Assembly (NCBI GenBank): GCA_013152435.1
Contig: JAADGJ010000010.1
Span: 13,911-77,910 of the forward strand
DNA length: 64,000 bases
From: Chloroflexota bacterium
Lineage (GTDB): Bacteria > Chloroflexota > Anaerolineae > DUEN01
Direction: 5' to 3'
A program made the position numbers and the translations under genes. Every line of letters starts with the position of its first letter. Position 1 is the stretch's first letter. Below, one piece after another: positions 28,081-37,900 of the stretch. The notes under the pieces were generated by a model. It made no database searches and had not been told where the DNA came from. It was given only the letters and a program-made list of their open reading frames with translations.

Positions 28081-31000
28081 CTAGTTAGGGGATGCGTCAG
28101 ACTGCGGCCCCCGGACGCCGGCGGGCGTGGGCCATGCGTGCGGGACGGGCTTGGGCGAGGTCCCCTCGTGTCGCTCCAGGGGAGCGATCGAGTCCTCGGC
28201 CGGAAGGCCATATTCCCGGCTGGCGTGGCTCTGCGCGGCCGTGATGGGCTCGTCCCAGGCGATGGCCCGGAAATCGTCGAAGTGGACGATGCCCGGCGCG
28301 TAGCTGGAGGGCCAGTTGATCAGCCCAAAGTATCCTTGGCCGAGCAGGGAGACGTCGCTCAGGGTCTGCAGGTATTCATCGTTCACGAAGAGGTGAATCT
28401 TCGTCCCATCACGCACGGCCTTGAGCGTGTTGGGCGAACTGCCCGGCCGGATGGCTGAGGAGGGAAGCCACGCATCCCCCTCCGCGTCATCCCATGTGAG
28501 CGCCTGCCAGTTGCCCTGGTAGATCGCCAGGGCATACTCCATCGTATCGGGGATGATCAGGAACGCGTACAGGGAGTTGAACGATCCATCCTCGCCGAAG
28601 ATCAACCCGTACGCGATGGGGTAGTTGCTCGGCCGATGTCGGGCGGTCACCTGGAAGCTCCCGTTGGGATACGGGCCGATAGGAGCCCGGAAGACGCATG
28701 CCCAGTCGGGCTGGGTAGCGGTCACGTACTCCCCACCCTCATACGTCGCCTGGCAGACCTCTGTGCCGCTGGTGGGCCATCCGCTGCCGGAACTGCTGAA
28801 GTCGTCCTCCATGATCACCGTGGGGATGGTGATCTTGAAGTCGTCGAAGTAGGAGGTGGCCGATCCGGTGTTGTAGTACGCCCAGGTGGCCACGCCTACG
28901 TACCCGTTGCTGGGGAAGGCATTGTCCTTCACGGTGACCAAATCCACATCGTTGACATAAAGTGTGATCTGGTCTCCCTGGCGACGTACCTTGAGGACAT
29001 TGACCTGGTCGCCCGTTTGGATGGCGGGTGAGGCTCCCGCGTCGGTGACGTTGGTCCACGTGCCGTTATCGTATCGTTGCAGCAGGTAGGTCTGGTATGC
29101 AGCATCCACCCAGAAGACGTAGAACTGCTGGATGCTGTTGGGGGAGTCCAGGCCAAAGACCAGGCCGTAGACGCTGCCATCACCGGCGGAGGACTTGGCG
29201 GCTTTCACCTGGAAGACGCCATCCACCCGGGGTTGCGCCGGAGCTGCGGAGAGGCATACCTGTCCTAGCTGCAGGACGGCTACGCCATACATGCCGCTCA
29301 CGTAGGCATACTGGCACACCCCTGCCGCCCCGGAGGCCCAGCCGCTGGCCGGATTGGCGAAGTTGTCGTAGTAGACGCGCGGTGAAGGGGGCTGCGTCGG
29401 TGTAGGTGTGGGGCCGACGGGCGTCGGGGTCGGCGTCGGCGTGGCTGTGGCCGTGGGGGTCGGTGTACTGGTGGGCAGGAGCACAGCTGTGGCCGTGGGA
29501 GTGGGTGTGGGATAGCCGGTGGGGGTTGGTGTGGCCGTGGGAGCAGATGTAGGTGTAAATGTAGGCGTGCTGGTTGGGGTGGGGGTGAACTGCCCCATGT
29601 TCTTCCCCACCAGCGGGAGATGGAGGAGGGTGGACGGCGTTGTGCCGGGCCGGGTCGGCGTGGGGGTGGGGGCAGAGGTGCCCCCGGAAAGCTGCACGCG
29701 ATATACGCTGCGCCCGTGGGTTGCGGCCACGAGCACGTTCGCCTTCGCGTTCAGGACCAGATCCACGACTGCCACGGCGGGCAGGCCGTTATTGAAGGGC
29801 TCCCAGGTGCGCCCGTCATCACGGGTGCGGAAGACGCCGGTATCCGTGCCGATGTAGATCGTGCCGGGTGCGTCCGGATCCAGGGCGATGGAGAGGGCGG
29901 GCACGTCCGGCAGATTGCCGCTGATGTCCCGCCAGGTGGCGCCTCCGTCCGTGGTCTTGAACACGTGCCCGGGCTGCCCGGGAGTGTGGACGTTGAAGCC
30001 GTTATACACCACGTACGCCACGCGGGGATTTCGGGAGTCTACGGCGATGGCGGAGACCCAACGATTGGGTAGGGGAGGCTTGGTCACGTTCGTCCAGCTC
30101 CCTCCCGTGTTAGTGGTCACCTGCACGTTGCCGTCCGATGTGCCCACGTAGATGGTGCGGGGATCTGAGGGGGCCACGGCGATGGCGGAGATGCTGCCGG
30201 GCCGAGTTCCTCCTTTGGAGAGATCCCCGCTAATGGGCGTCCACGTATCGCCGCGATCGGTGGTCCGGTAGAGGCGATGCGTTCCGAAGTAGATTACGCC
30301 GGGCGTGGACGGATCCAGAGCGAACGGCGCGTAGAAGAGCGCCCGGTCCTGCTGGCCGATGCCCTCCGTCTTAATGGGCCAGTCATCCACGGGGGCGCTC
30401 CCGTTCTTCTCGTTGCGCTGGAAGGAGATGCCGAACCGGGTGCCGTAGTAGATGTTGGGATTGAAGGGATCGATGGCCACCCGGCCTCCGTCGCCCACGT
30501 CCAGCGCATCCCATACCAGCGCCCCTGTGGTCCTCGCCTTGTTGTTATCCTGCATGCCGCCGAAGATGATGTTGGGATTCGTGGGGTGGACGCCGATGCC
30601 CGTGAACTGGAGGGTGGCCAGGCCGTTGTTTCGATTCACCCATGTGCGCCCGCCGTCGGCGGATCTCCACACGCCGCCGTCGGTGCCCACCCATACCACG
30701 TTCGGATTTTTGGGATCGAACACGATGGCGTGGACGTCGGGATGGAGGGTGTGCTCGGGCGCGTCGTTAGGGCTCAGGTCCTGCCAGGTGGCCCCGCCGT
30801 CCGTGGACCGAACGACGACCTCCTTGATGCGCGTGACCGGCTGCCAGATGTAGTTGGCGGCCCCGCCCAGGTACACGATGTTAGGGTTTGTGGGGTGGAT
30901 GGATACCACGTTGTCGTACCAGCACTGGCCCATGCAGTAGTTGGGCGCGTTGCGCAGCCAGGTCCACGAATCGCCGCCGTCCGTGGTCTTGAAGACGATG

Positions 31001-32181
31001 CCGCCCTGGTATCGGTTGGGCTCCTCGTATTGATAGCCCGCGTAGAGGACGTTGGGGTTGGAGCGGCTGATATCCAGGGCGATCATCCCGAAGTTGCGCC
31101 CCGGCAGGCCGTTGGTCAGCCGCACCCAGCTCGCCCCGCCGTCGGTGCTGCGGAAGATGCCGATATTCCAGAAGGCCGCGTACAGGATATTGGGGTTGGT
31201 GGGATGCATGAGGAGGGCGGAGGCCCCGTAGCAATCCTGGCAGGCCAGGAGGGTCTGCCAGGTGCGCCCGCCGTCCGTGGATCGGTAGATGCCGCGCAAA
31301 GGACGCGCCGGGCCCGCGACGCCCGTGAAGGAGGTGGCCGCGTAGAGCAGGTTGGGCTGGCGTGGATGGACGATCAGGGCCCGGATGCCCAACCCGGTGA
31401 AGGCGTCGGCGGCCAGATGCTGCCAGGTGCGCCCGCCGTCCGTGGATTTGAGGATCCCCATGCCGTAGTAGTTGTCCAGGCCGGGGGTGGGCTCTCCGGT
31501 GCCCACGTAGATCGTGTCCGGATTGGAGGGATCCAGCGTGATGGTGCCGACGGCCAACGTGGGCTGGTCATCGGTGAGCGGAACCCAGCTGTCGCCGCCG
31601 TCCGTGGTCTTCCACACGCCTCCCAGCGCCGTGCCCAGATAGACCACGTCGCTGTTGCGCGGATCGATGGCGAGGGCGGTGACGCGGCCGCTGACCTTCA
31701 CCTTGTGACTGCCCATCTGAGAGTCTCGCATGCTTGCGGGGCCGATGTTCTCCCAGCGCGGCAGGGCTGCGGCTTTCCGCAGCATACGCGACATCTCGAT
31801 CGTCTGGCGGATGGCCTTGGGATACGCCCCCTTGGGCAGGGTATCCTGCGGATAGGCGCGTTGGGCCACGAAGAAGTGCAGACGCAGGCGTGGCTTCCCC
31901 GTCTCGTCCACCCCCGGCGGTATAGGCGGTCCCCCTGGTGGGACGAGCCGCCAGGAGGGAGGCCCACCCGCGGGCGTGGGGCGGGCGCGGCAGGCGAGGC
32001 AGTTGGGGCCATCGTCCGGGCGCCACGCGTCGGGGGCCGGGACATGCGCGAGCGAGTCGACCATGTAGGGCACGATGGGCTCGGAGAGGATCCCCTGATC
32101 CGAGCGCGTAAAGATGGCCAGCACAGCCAGAACCACGGCCAGCGAAAGGTATACGGGCAGACGTCGATCAGCGCCTCTCAT
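28081..32181 (-). CDS. Large membrane-anchored/secreted BNR/Asp-box repeat protein (GH74/sortilin-like twin beta-propellers) with two C-terminal concanavalin-like lectin/hydrolase domains (1366 aa).
   Basis: N-terminal hydrophobic anchor. More than 10 Asp-box motifs (S/T)xDGGxTW. A long TP linker (29395..29595). Two homologous ~180-aa C-terminal domains (YYDNFANPASGW.. / IMEDDFSSSGSGW..) of the DUF1080/LamG-like type. RBS GGAGGA. Confidence 0.75.
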   Translation of the reverse strand: MRGADRRLPVYLSLAVVLAVLAIFTRSDQGILSEPIVPYMVDSLAHVPAPDAWRPDDGPNCLACRARPTPAGGPPSWRLVPPGGPPIPPGVDETGKPRLRLHFFVAQRAYPQDTLPKGAYPKAIRQTIEMSRMLRKAAALPRWENIGPASMRDSQMGSHKVKVSGRVTALAIDPRNSDVVYLGTALGGVWKTTDGGDSWVPLTDDQPTLAVGTITLDPSNPDTIYVGTGEPTPGLDNYYGMGILKSTDGGRTWQHLAADAFTGLGIRALIVHPRQPNLLYAATSFTGVAGPARPLRGIYRSTDGGRTWQTLLACQDCYGASALLMHPTNPNILYAAFWNIGIFRSTDGGASWVRLTNGLPGRNFGMIALDISRSNPNVLYAGYQYEEPNRYQGGIVFKTTDGGDSWTWLRNAPNYCMGQCWYDNVVSIHPTNPNIVYLGGAANYIWQPVTRIKEVVVRSTDGGATWQDLSPNDAPEHTLHPDVHAIVFDPKNPNVVWVGTDGGVWRSADGGRTWVNRNNGLATLQFTGIGVHPTNPNIIFGGMQDNNKARTTGALVWDALDVGDGGRVAIDPFNPNIYYGTRFGISFQRNEKNGSAPVDDWPIKTEGIGQQDRALFYAPFALDPSTPGVIYFGTHRLYRTTDRGDTWTPISGDLSKGGTRPGSISAIAVAPSDPRTIYVGTSDGNVQVTTNTGGSWTNVTKPPLPNRWVSAIAVDSRNPRVAYVVYNGFNVHTPGQPGHVFKTTDGGATWRDISGNLPDVPALSIALDPDAPGTIYIGTDTGVFRTRDDGRTWEPFNNGLPAVAVVDLVLNAKANVLVAATHGRSVYRVQLSGGTSAPTPTPTRPGTTPSTLLHLPLVGKNMGQFTPTPTSTPTFTPTSAPTATPTPTGYPTPTPTATAVLLPTSTPTPTATATPTPTPTPVGPTPTPTQPPSPRVYYDNFANPASGWASGAAGVCQYAYVSGMYGVAVLQLGQVCLSAAPAQPRVDGVFQVKAAKSSAGDGSVYGLVFGLDSPNSIQQFYVFWVDAAYQTYLLQRYDNGTWTNVTDAGASPAIQTGDQVNVLKVRRQGDQITLYVNDVDLVTVKDNAFPSNGYVGVATWAYYNTGSATSYFDDFKITIPTVIMEDDFSSSGSGWPTSGTEVCQATYEGGEYVTATQPDWACVFRAPIGPYPNGSFQVTARHRPSNYPIAYGLIFGEDGSFNSLYAFLIIPDTMEYALAIYQGNWQALTWDDAEGDAWLPSSAIRPGSSPNTLKAVRDGTKIHLFVNDEYLQTLSDVSLLGQGYFGLINWPSSYAPGIVHFDDFRAIAWDEPITAAQSHASREYGLPAEDSIAPLERHEGTSPKPVPHAWPTPAGVRGPQSDASPN
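29395..29595 (-). repeat. About 200-bp hexanucleotide coding repeat for a roughly 65-residue Thr-Pro-rich linker.
   Basis: (GGCGTN/GGTGTG/GGGGTN)n on the plus strand; the peptide is TPTPTSTPTFTPTSAPTATPTPTGYPTPTPTATAV..TPTPTATATPTPTPTP. Confidence 0.8.
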
Positions 32182-32212
32182 CTCGTATCCTCCGAATCCA
32201 CGACGGCCTTTC

Positions 32213-33028
32213 TCAGTCTATCCACGCGGTTTCCATCAGGTTGTACCCGGCGATCTGGAGGATCGCCAGGGATAGCAGCCAGATCTCCGCCTCTCTGGAG
32301 GGGGACCCCTCCAACGTGATGGCGGGGGTAAGAGCTCTCCTTCGCAAGTGAATGACGCCCTTCAGCCGGGCTGGAGGGCAGGCCAGATGACCGATGGTCT
32401 CCCCCCGGATCGTGACCGGGTAGGAGCGTTCTCGAGTATCACGCAAGCGGGTGATGGGGCCGATGCTGAAGCGGATAGGGGACCTCTTCGGCCGGGGTGC
32501 GCTGCCGATGGGCTGTTCCTCTGCGTCGAGGAGTATGCCGTCAAGGCGGATGCTTCCCCATGGCTCTCCGTCCACCTGGATCATGACGCTATCTGGCGTG
32601 ATGCGGTAGGCGAAGGACTGTTCGGTCGTGCGAGCCAGAAGATGCCCATCGGGTCGGCGGGCGCCGCGCACTTTCAAACCGAAGGCGACCCACGATGGCC
32701 CATCGGGATCGCTTCGGCTGGGGATGGTGCCCCGCGCGTTCAGATCCCTGCCGATCCTCCACCAACGAGCTCTCCAGCCGGCGGCGAGATCGGTCAGACC
32801 CTCCGAAGACCAGGGGCGGAGCTGAGCGACCATTTCGTCTAACTGCTCCTGCAGCTGCTCCCACCCTTCGGCCAGGGTAGTGGCATCCGGGGGACGCCAT
32901 TGGCGATGGATGGTGTACATCATGAACACCGCCAGCGCGATGAGCCCCAGCCCCCCGATGCAGAAGGGAAGCACGCAGCCGGCGATCGTCAGGAGTTCGG
33001 CGAAGGTCCTCGTCCCGCCCACGGGCAC
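32213..33028 (-). CDS. Uncharacterised membrane protein, paralog of 10090..10818.
   Basis: 271 aa with an N-terminal TM helix. Alignable throughout with the 10090..10818 product (see that entry). Probable GTG start at 33028 with a GAGGGAG RBS. Confidence 0.65.
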   Translation of the reverse strand: MPVGGTRTFAELLTIAGCVLPFCIGGLGLIALAVFMMYTIHRQWRPPDATTLAEGWEQLQEQLDEMVAQLRPWSSEGLTDLAAGWRARWWRIGRDLNARGTIPSRSDPDGPSWVAFGLKVRGARRPDGHLLARTTEQSFAYRITPDSVMIQVDGEPWGSIRLDGILLDAEEQPIGSAPRPKRSPIRFSIGPITRLRDTRERSYPVTIRGETIGHLACPPARLKGVIHLRRRALTPAITLEGSPSREAEIWLLSLAILQIAGYNLMETAWID

Positions 33029-33037
33029 TATCTCCCT

Positions 33038-34507
33038 CTATCCTTTCTTCACCATCACCGGCAGGAAGTAGCGATGGATTTTCGTCTGCTGGCCCGCCGG
33101 ATCGTACTCGTAGGCGCCGATATCGCAGACCGCGGAGCCGTTGCCATCGCCGTCCAAGGGGCGAGCCACGCCGCGTTGGTCGGTGGCAAGGCAAGTGGTG
33201 TTCAAACCGGCATCTACGGCGGGACTGTTACTTGGGAGAGCGTGCGTGGGGGTGGCACCGCCGTTATCCGCTAGCGGGAGCAGGCGTGGGTCTTTGCCGG
33301 TGATATTCCCGGTCGATGTGCCGCCGATGGTGCACTGGCTGGTCACCGTTTGGATCAGGTTATGGCCCAGGGAGGTGAGCTTGCCCCAACAATCCCGATC
33401 CCCGTTGGGGTCCTGGTTCCCGGCGATGAGGGTGTTGGTCAGCCGCACCACCGGCGAAGTCTCTTCAGAGGCGGAGAGCTCGTTGTAGACCCCGCCGCCA
33501 CGCCCCAGCCCGTCTCCGTCGAGATCTGCCGTGTTGTTCGCAATGGTCACGTTGGCCAGGGATACGGCGCCCTGGACGCCGATCGCGTTGCTGTTATAGA
33601 TCCCGCCACCGCGCCCATTCGTGCGGTTTCCGCTGATGGTGCTGTTGGCCAGCGTGAGCGTCCCACCGCTGTTCCGAATTCCACCTCCGCCTTCGTCATA
33701 GGCTACCGCCTCCGCGAAGTTCTCACTGAACGTGCTGGTCGCGATGGTGGTGGTTGAGTATACGTTGTTGAGGAGCGCGCCGCCCTCGCGTAGGGCTGAG
33801 TTCCCCCGGAAGAGGCTGTTTCGCACGATGACCGCATTGCCGTTGTTCGCCAGCCCCCCCCCGTTCATCCCAGCGTAGTTGTTCAGAAGCTGGACGTTTT
33901 CCAGTGTGGCGGAGGCGTTGTCGGTGACCTGAATGCCGCCGCCATTGCCGTCGCTCCGGTTATCGGTCAGCAGGACGTTCTTCACGAGGATCTGAGCCCG
34001 GCCAGAGACCTGAATGCCGCCGCCATGGGGTGGGTTGATGGCATGGCCGTTGCGGATCGTCATACCGGAGATCGTGACGAGGAAGGCCCCGGATGAAACC
34101 CCTACGATGTCGAAGACGCGATCGCTTTTGTTCCCGTCGATGATGGTCTTTCCGATCCCCGCGCCGTTGATGGCCAGGCTGGCTGTGATGTCCAGGTCGC
34201 CCATTGCGGCCGCATCCTCGTCGACCCCGGCGATGGTCAATTTGTAAATGCCCGCCGGCAGGGTGATGATATCGGCGCCGCTCCCCGCGGGGCAGGCGTC
34301 AACGGCGGTGTCCGTGTTGGCGGCCCGAATGGCCTCCCGTAAGGAGCAATCTCCATCGCTGTTCAACTCATCGTCGGTGGTGTTCACGGTGATCGTGGTC
34401 GCGGCCTGTGCGATGGGGGAGGGCAGTGCGGGCCAGGACCAGACGAGTGAGGACAGGATCAAGAGGGTGAGAAGCATCTTCGTGCGACTACCTTTCCTGA
34501 GCTGCAT
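33038..34507 (-). CDS. Secreted CSLREA-domain parallel-beta-helix repeat protein (489 aa).
   Basis: Signal peptide; N-terminal NTTDDELNSDGDCSLREAIRAAN (the CSLREA motif); GGGI-type beta-helix repeats; C-terminal ...DQRGVARP...CDIGAYE. It ends ...HRYFLPVMVKKG. RBS AAGGAGG is 7 nt before the ATG. Confidence 0.8.
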   Translation of the reverse strand: MQLRKGSRTKMLLTLLILSSLVWSWPALPSPIAQAATTITVNTTDDELNSDGDCSLREAIRAANTDTAVDACPAGSGADIITLPAGIYKLTIAGVDEDAAAMGDLDITASLAINGAGIGKTIIDGNKSDRVFDIVGVSSGAFLVTISGMTIRNGHAINPPHGGGIQVSGRAQILVKNVLLTDNRSDGNGGGIQVTDNASATLENVQLLNNYAGMNGGGLANNGNAVIVRNSLFRGNSALREGGALLNNVYSTTTIATSTFSENFAEAVAYDEGGGGIRNSGGTLTLANSTISGNRTNGRGGGIYNSNAIGVQGAVSLANVTIANNTADLDGDGLGRGGGVYNELSASEETSPVVRLTNTLIAGNQDPNGDRDCWGKLTSLGHNLIQTVTSQCTIGGTSTGNITGKDPRLLPLADNGGATPTHALPSNSPAVDAGLNTTCLATDQRGVARPLDGDGNGSAVCDIGAYEYDPAGQQTKIHRYFLPVMVKKG

Positions 34508-34551
34508 GCAGGCGCCTCCTTTTCGTGTAGTGCAAATGTTCTGCTTCGACG

Positions 34552-34764
34552 TTAGGGTCCTTCAGCGTTCCTGGTGGGGGGATCGAGAGGCGAGGAGGTC
34601 TGCTCTCGTAGATAGGCGATCAGTGCCTCCACGGAAGGGAACCCCTGGCGTTTTCCAGTTCGGGTATCTTCCAGGGAGGCTCGCCAGATGGGGGAGTCGT
34701 CACCTGACTCGGCCCACAGGCGTAGAAGGAAGGAATAGTATGGATATCGATCCAACGGGCTCAT
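34552..34764 (-). CDS. Small hypothetical protein (70 aa) between the regulator and the secreted-protein cluster.
   Basis: ATG at 34764 with a GGGAGG RBS (rc of 34771..34776). No recognisable domain, and codon bias is gene-like. Whether it is co-transcribed with the cluster is unknown. Confidence 0.4.
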   Translation of the reverse strand: MSPLDRYPYYSFLLRLWAESGDDSPIWRASLEDTRTGKRQGFPSVEALIAYLREQTSSPLDPPTRNAEGP

Positions 34765-34990
34765 GAGGAACCTCCCAACGCATGGGCGGTGCACTGGATC
34801 CTCGCATGGACGCGGCGGCATTATATGCCCCAGGATACAGTGTCCGGGCAATGGCACAGTGACTTCAATAGCACAATGGTGTCAGGAAAGTGTCAGGAGG
34901 GAGCCCTAGATCCGGTTCAGGGGTGGGTTTTCGATGAATGGAATATGGTAAAATAGGCCTAAGTAAGGGAGGGGCTCTGGGGGAAGGGAA

Positions 34991-37900
34991 ATGGGATTGG
35001 AGATCTTCCTGCTTGGGACGTTTCAGGTTCTGCGGGATGGCGAGTCGCTCCAGGGTTTTGAGTCCCAGCGCGTTCGAGCCCTGTTGGCTTATCTGGTGCT
35101 GGAGGCGGATCGGCCGCATTCGCGCGAGGCGCTGGCGGCCTTGCTCTGGCCCGATGCCTCCGATTGGCGGGCGCGCCGCAACCTCAGTCAGGCGTTATCC
35201 AATCTCCGGAAGGTCCTGGGAGAATCCGGTCGGGAAGGGGGGTATCTTCGAATCACGCCGCACAGTGTTCAGTTTAACCCGCAGAGCCGTTATGTCCTGG
35301 ATGTGACCCGCCTGGAGGCGCTGTTGGATGCCTGCGAACGGCATTCTCATCGGCGCATCGAGGGTTGCCAGGCCTGTCAGGATCGGCTGGAGCGGATTGT
35401 GGGCCTGTATAAAGGGCCGCTCTTACAGGGCGTCCGCGTGCGAGATGCGTTGCCGTTCGAGGAGTGGCTGGTGATGCGGCGTGAGCGTCTGGAGATCAAG
35501 GCCCAAACGGCCTTTATGAGGCTGCTTCAGATCTACGAGCGGCAGGGGGATTACGCGGCTGCCGAGGAGGTGGCCCGTAAGTTATTGGATCTGGCGCCCT
35601 GGCTGGAAGAGGCGCATGCGCGCCTCATACGCTTGTTAGCCGTCCAGGGACACCGCAGCCAGGCGCTGAAGCAGTATCGTACCTGCTGCAAGGTTCTGGC
35701 GCGTGAACTGGAGACCGAGCCTACAGCGGAGACGCAGGAGCTTGTGCGTCGGATCCGGGCGGGAGAGACCGATCCCTCCTCGTTGGGCTTCCCCGCGACC
35801 ATGTGTCGACTACCGACCCCTTTCACGCCCTTCGTGGGGCGTGAGGTGGAGGTCCAGGCCATCGTCGATCGGTTTCAGCGCCGGGGAGACAGGCTGGTTA
35901 CCATCGTAGGCCCTGGAGGATGCGGGAAGACCTATCTGGCCGTGCATGCCGCCCGGCGTCTTCTCTGCGCCTTTCGCGATGGGGTCTACTTCGTCTCTTT
36001 GGCCTCCTTGAGCTCGGCGGGGGCGCTCCCTTCCGCGATCGCAGATGTGTTGGGCATTCCGTTCTTCGGGGAGCGGTCGCCGGAGCAACAGGTGCTCGCT
36101 TATCTGCGTGAGAGAGACCTACTGCTTGTCCTGGATAATTTCGAACATCTGCTGCCGAAGGTCGGGTTTCTGGAGGAGCTTCTGCAGACTGCCCCAGACG
36201 TTTGTCTTCTCATCACCTCGCGCGCGCCCTTGCATCTGCAGGCTGAGCAGGTGGTCCCGTTGGGAGGGCTGGCATATCCCGAGGAGGGGGCGGCGGATTG
36301 GGAGCAGTATCCGGCGGTGCAACTTTTTGCCCAGCAAGCCAGGCGATTGAGCCCGGATGTGGATCCGCTTCGGGAGGAGCCCCGGGAGGTTGTACGCCTT
36401 TGCCGTCTGGTGGATGGGATGCCCCTGGCGCTCCTGCTGGCCGCTGCCTGGGTCCGGACGCTGTCGTGTGGGGAGATCGTCGCCCGGATCCGAGAGAACC
36501 TGGATTTCCTCCAGGTGAATTGGCCGGATGTGCCGCCTCGCCATCGCAGCTTGAGGGCGACCTTTGACCACTCCTGGCGATTGCTGAGCGCCAAGGAGCG
36601 GGAAGCCCTTCAGGGGGTGTCCGTGTTTCAGGGGGCTTTTGATGTCGGCGCTGCGAGTCAGGTGGCAGGGGCCACGGAGGAGGTTCTGGCCTCCCTGGTT
36701 GATAAATCCCTCGTCATGATCGTGGCCTCGCAGCACTACAGGTTACACGAGCAGCTCCGGCAGTACGTATATGAGAAACTGGAGGCTCACCCCGAGCGGT
36801 TGCGGCAGGTACTCGCTCGCTATTTGGCCTATTATGCAGATCTGGTCGAGCGGCATTTGGAGGGGCTTGAAGCGGGGGATCCGGAGGCGATGGCGGCCCT
36901 CGAGGCGGGACTGGAGGATATTCGGGCGGCCTGGCAACATGCGCTGGCGCTCGAGGATGCCCGGATTTTGCCCGTCCTGACGGAGGGGTTGACGGGCTAC
37001 TATCGGCGCCGCAGTCGGTTTCATGAGGTGGCTGACCTATTACGGCGCTTGCTAGAGGGGGGTGGAGGCGGCCGCCTGGACGACAGGACGCGGATCTCCT
37101 TTCAGCGTCAGCTGGGGGAGGCGTACTTCAAGTGCGGCCGCATGGTGGATGGGGAACGTTATCTGCACGACGTGTTGCGTGCACTCGACCGGCCCATGCC
37201 GAAGGCGGCCGCTCCTTTGGTGATTCGGATAGGTGTGGAGGCCGCACGGCAGGCGTGGCATCGCGTGCGGATGCCGCGCCCGGCGGCCGATCCCTGGAGG
37301 CTGCTGGACGCGGCGCGCGCATATGAGCGGCTGGGGCAGTGTTTCTTCTTCCGCTCTGAATCCCTCCCGGCGATCTACACGGCGCTTCGTGGGTTGAACC
37401 TGGCCGAGCGAGCGGGTGTATCGCCGGACTTAGCGCGCCTCTACGCCAGCATGTGTCTGGGACTGGCCTTTGCACCTCAACGCCGCTTGGCGCGAGTGTA
37501 CGCTCGTCTGACCCGGGAGATGATCGAGCGTGTGACGGAGGAGCGAGCTCGCGCCTGGGCGTTGGAGGTGCTCTCCCTTTATCACTGTGGCGTCGGGGAG
37601 TGGGGGGCTGCGTTGGAGGCGGCCAACGCAGCCGTTGAGATCGCCAAATCCATTGGGGATCAGCGGCGCATGGAGGAGGCCATGGTCACGCCGGCGCTGG
37701 TCGCTCACTATCGGGGCGATCTGGAGCGGGCGTCATCCATGTGGCTGGATCTCCATCGGCTGGCGGCGGATCGACGAGATCCTCAGGTGCAGGCGTGGTG
37801 CGGCACCGGATATGCTGAGAGTCGACTGTTGCTGGGGGAGGATGAGCGCGCTCTTCGCTGGCTGCTTCGCGCACAGACCCTGCTGGTCGACACGCTGGAT

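Noticed and set aside
21036-29595. Short tandem repeats resembling a CRISPR array
   Set aside because: The repeats are 6-nt units inside long ORFs encoding TPTPTP linkers, with no spacer/repeat periodicity of 25-40 nt. No cas genes are present in the window.
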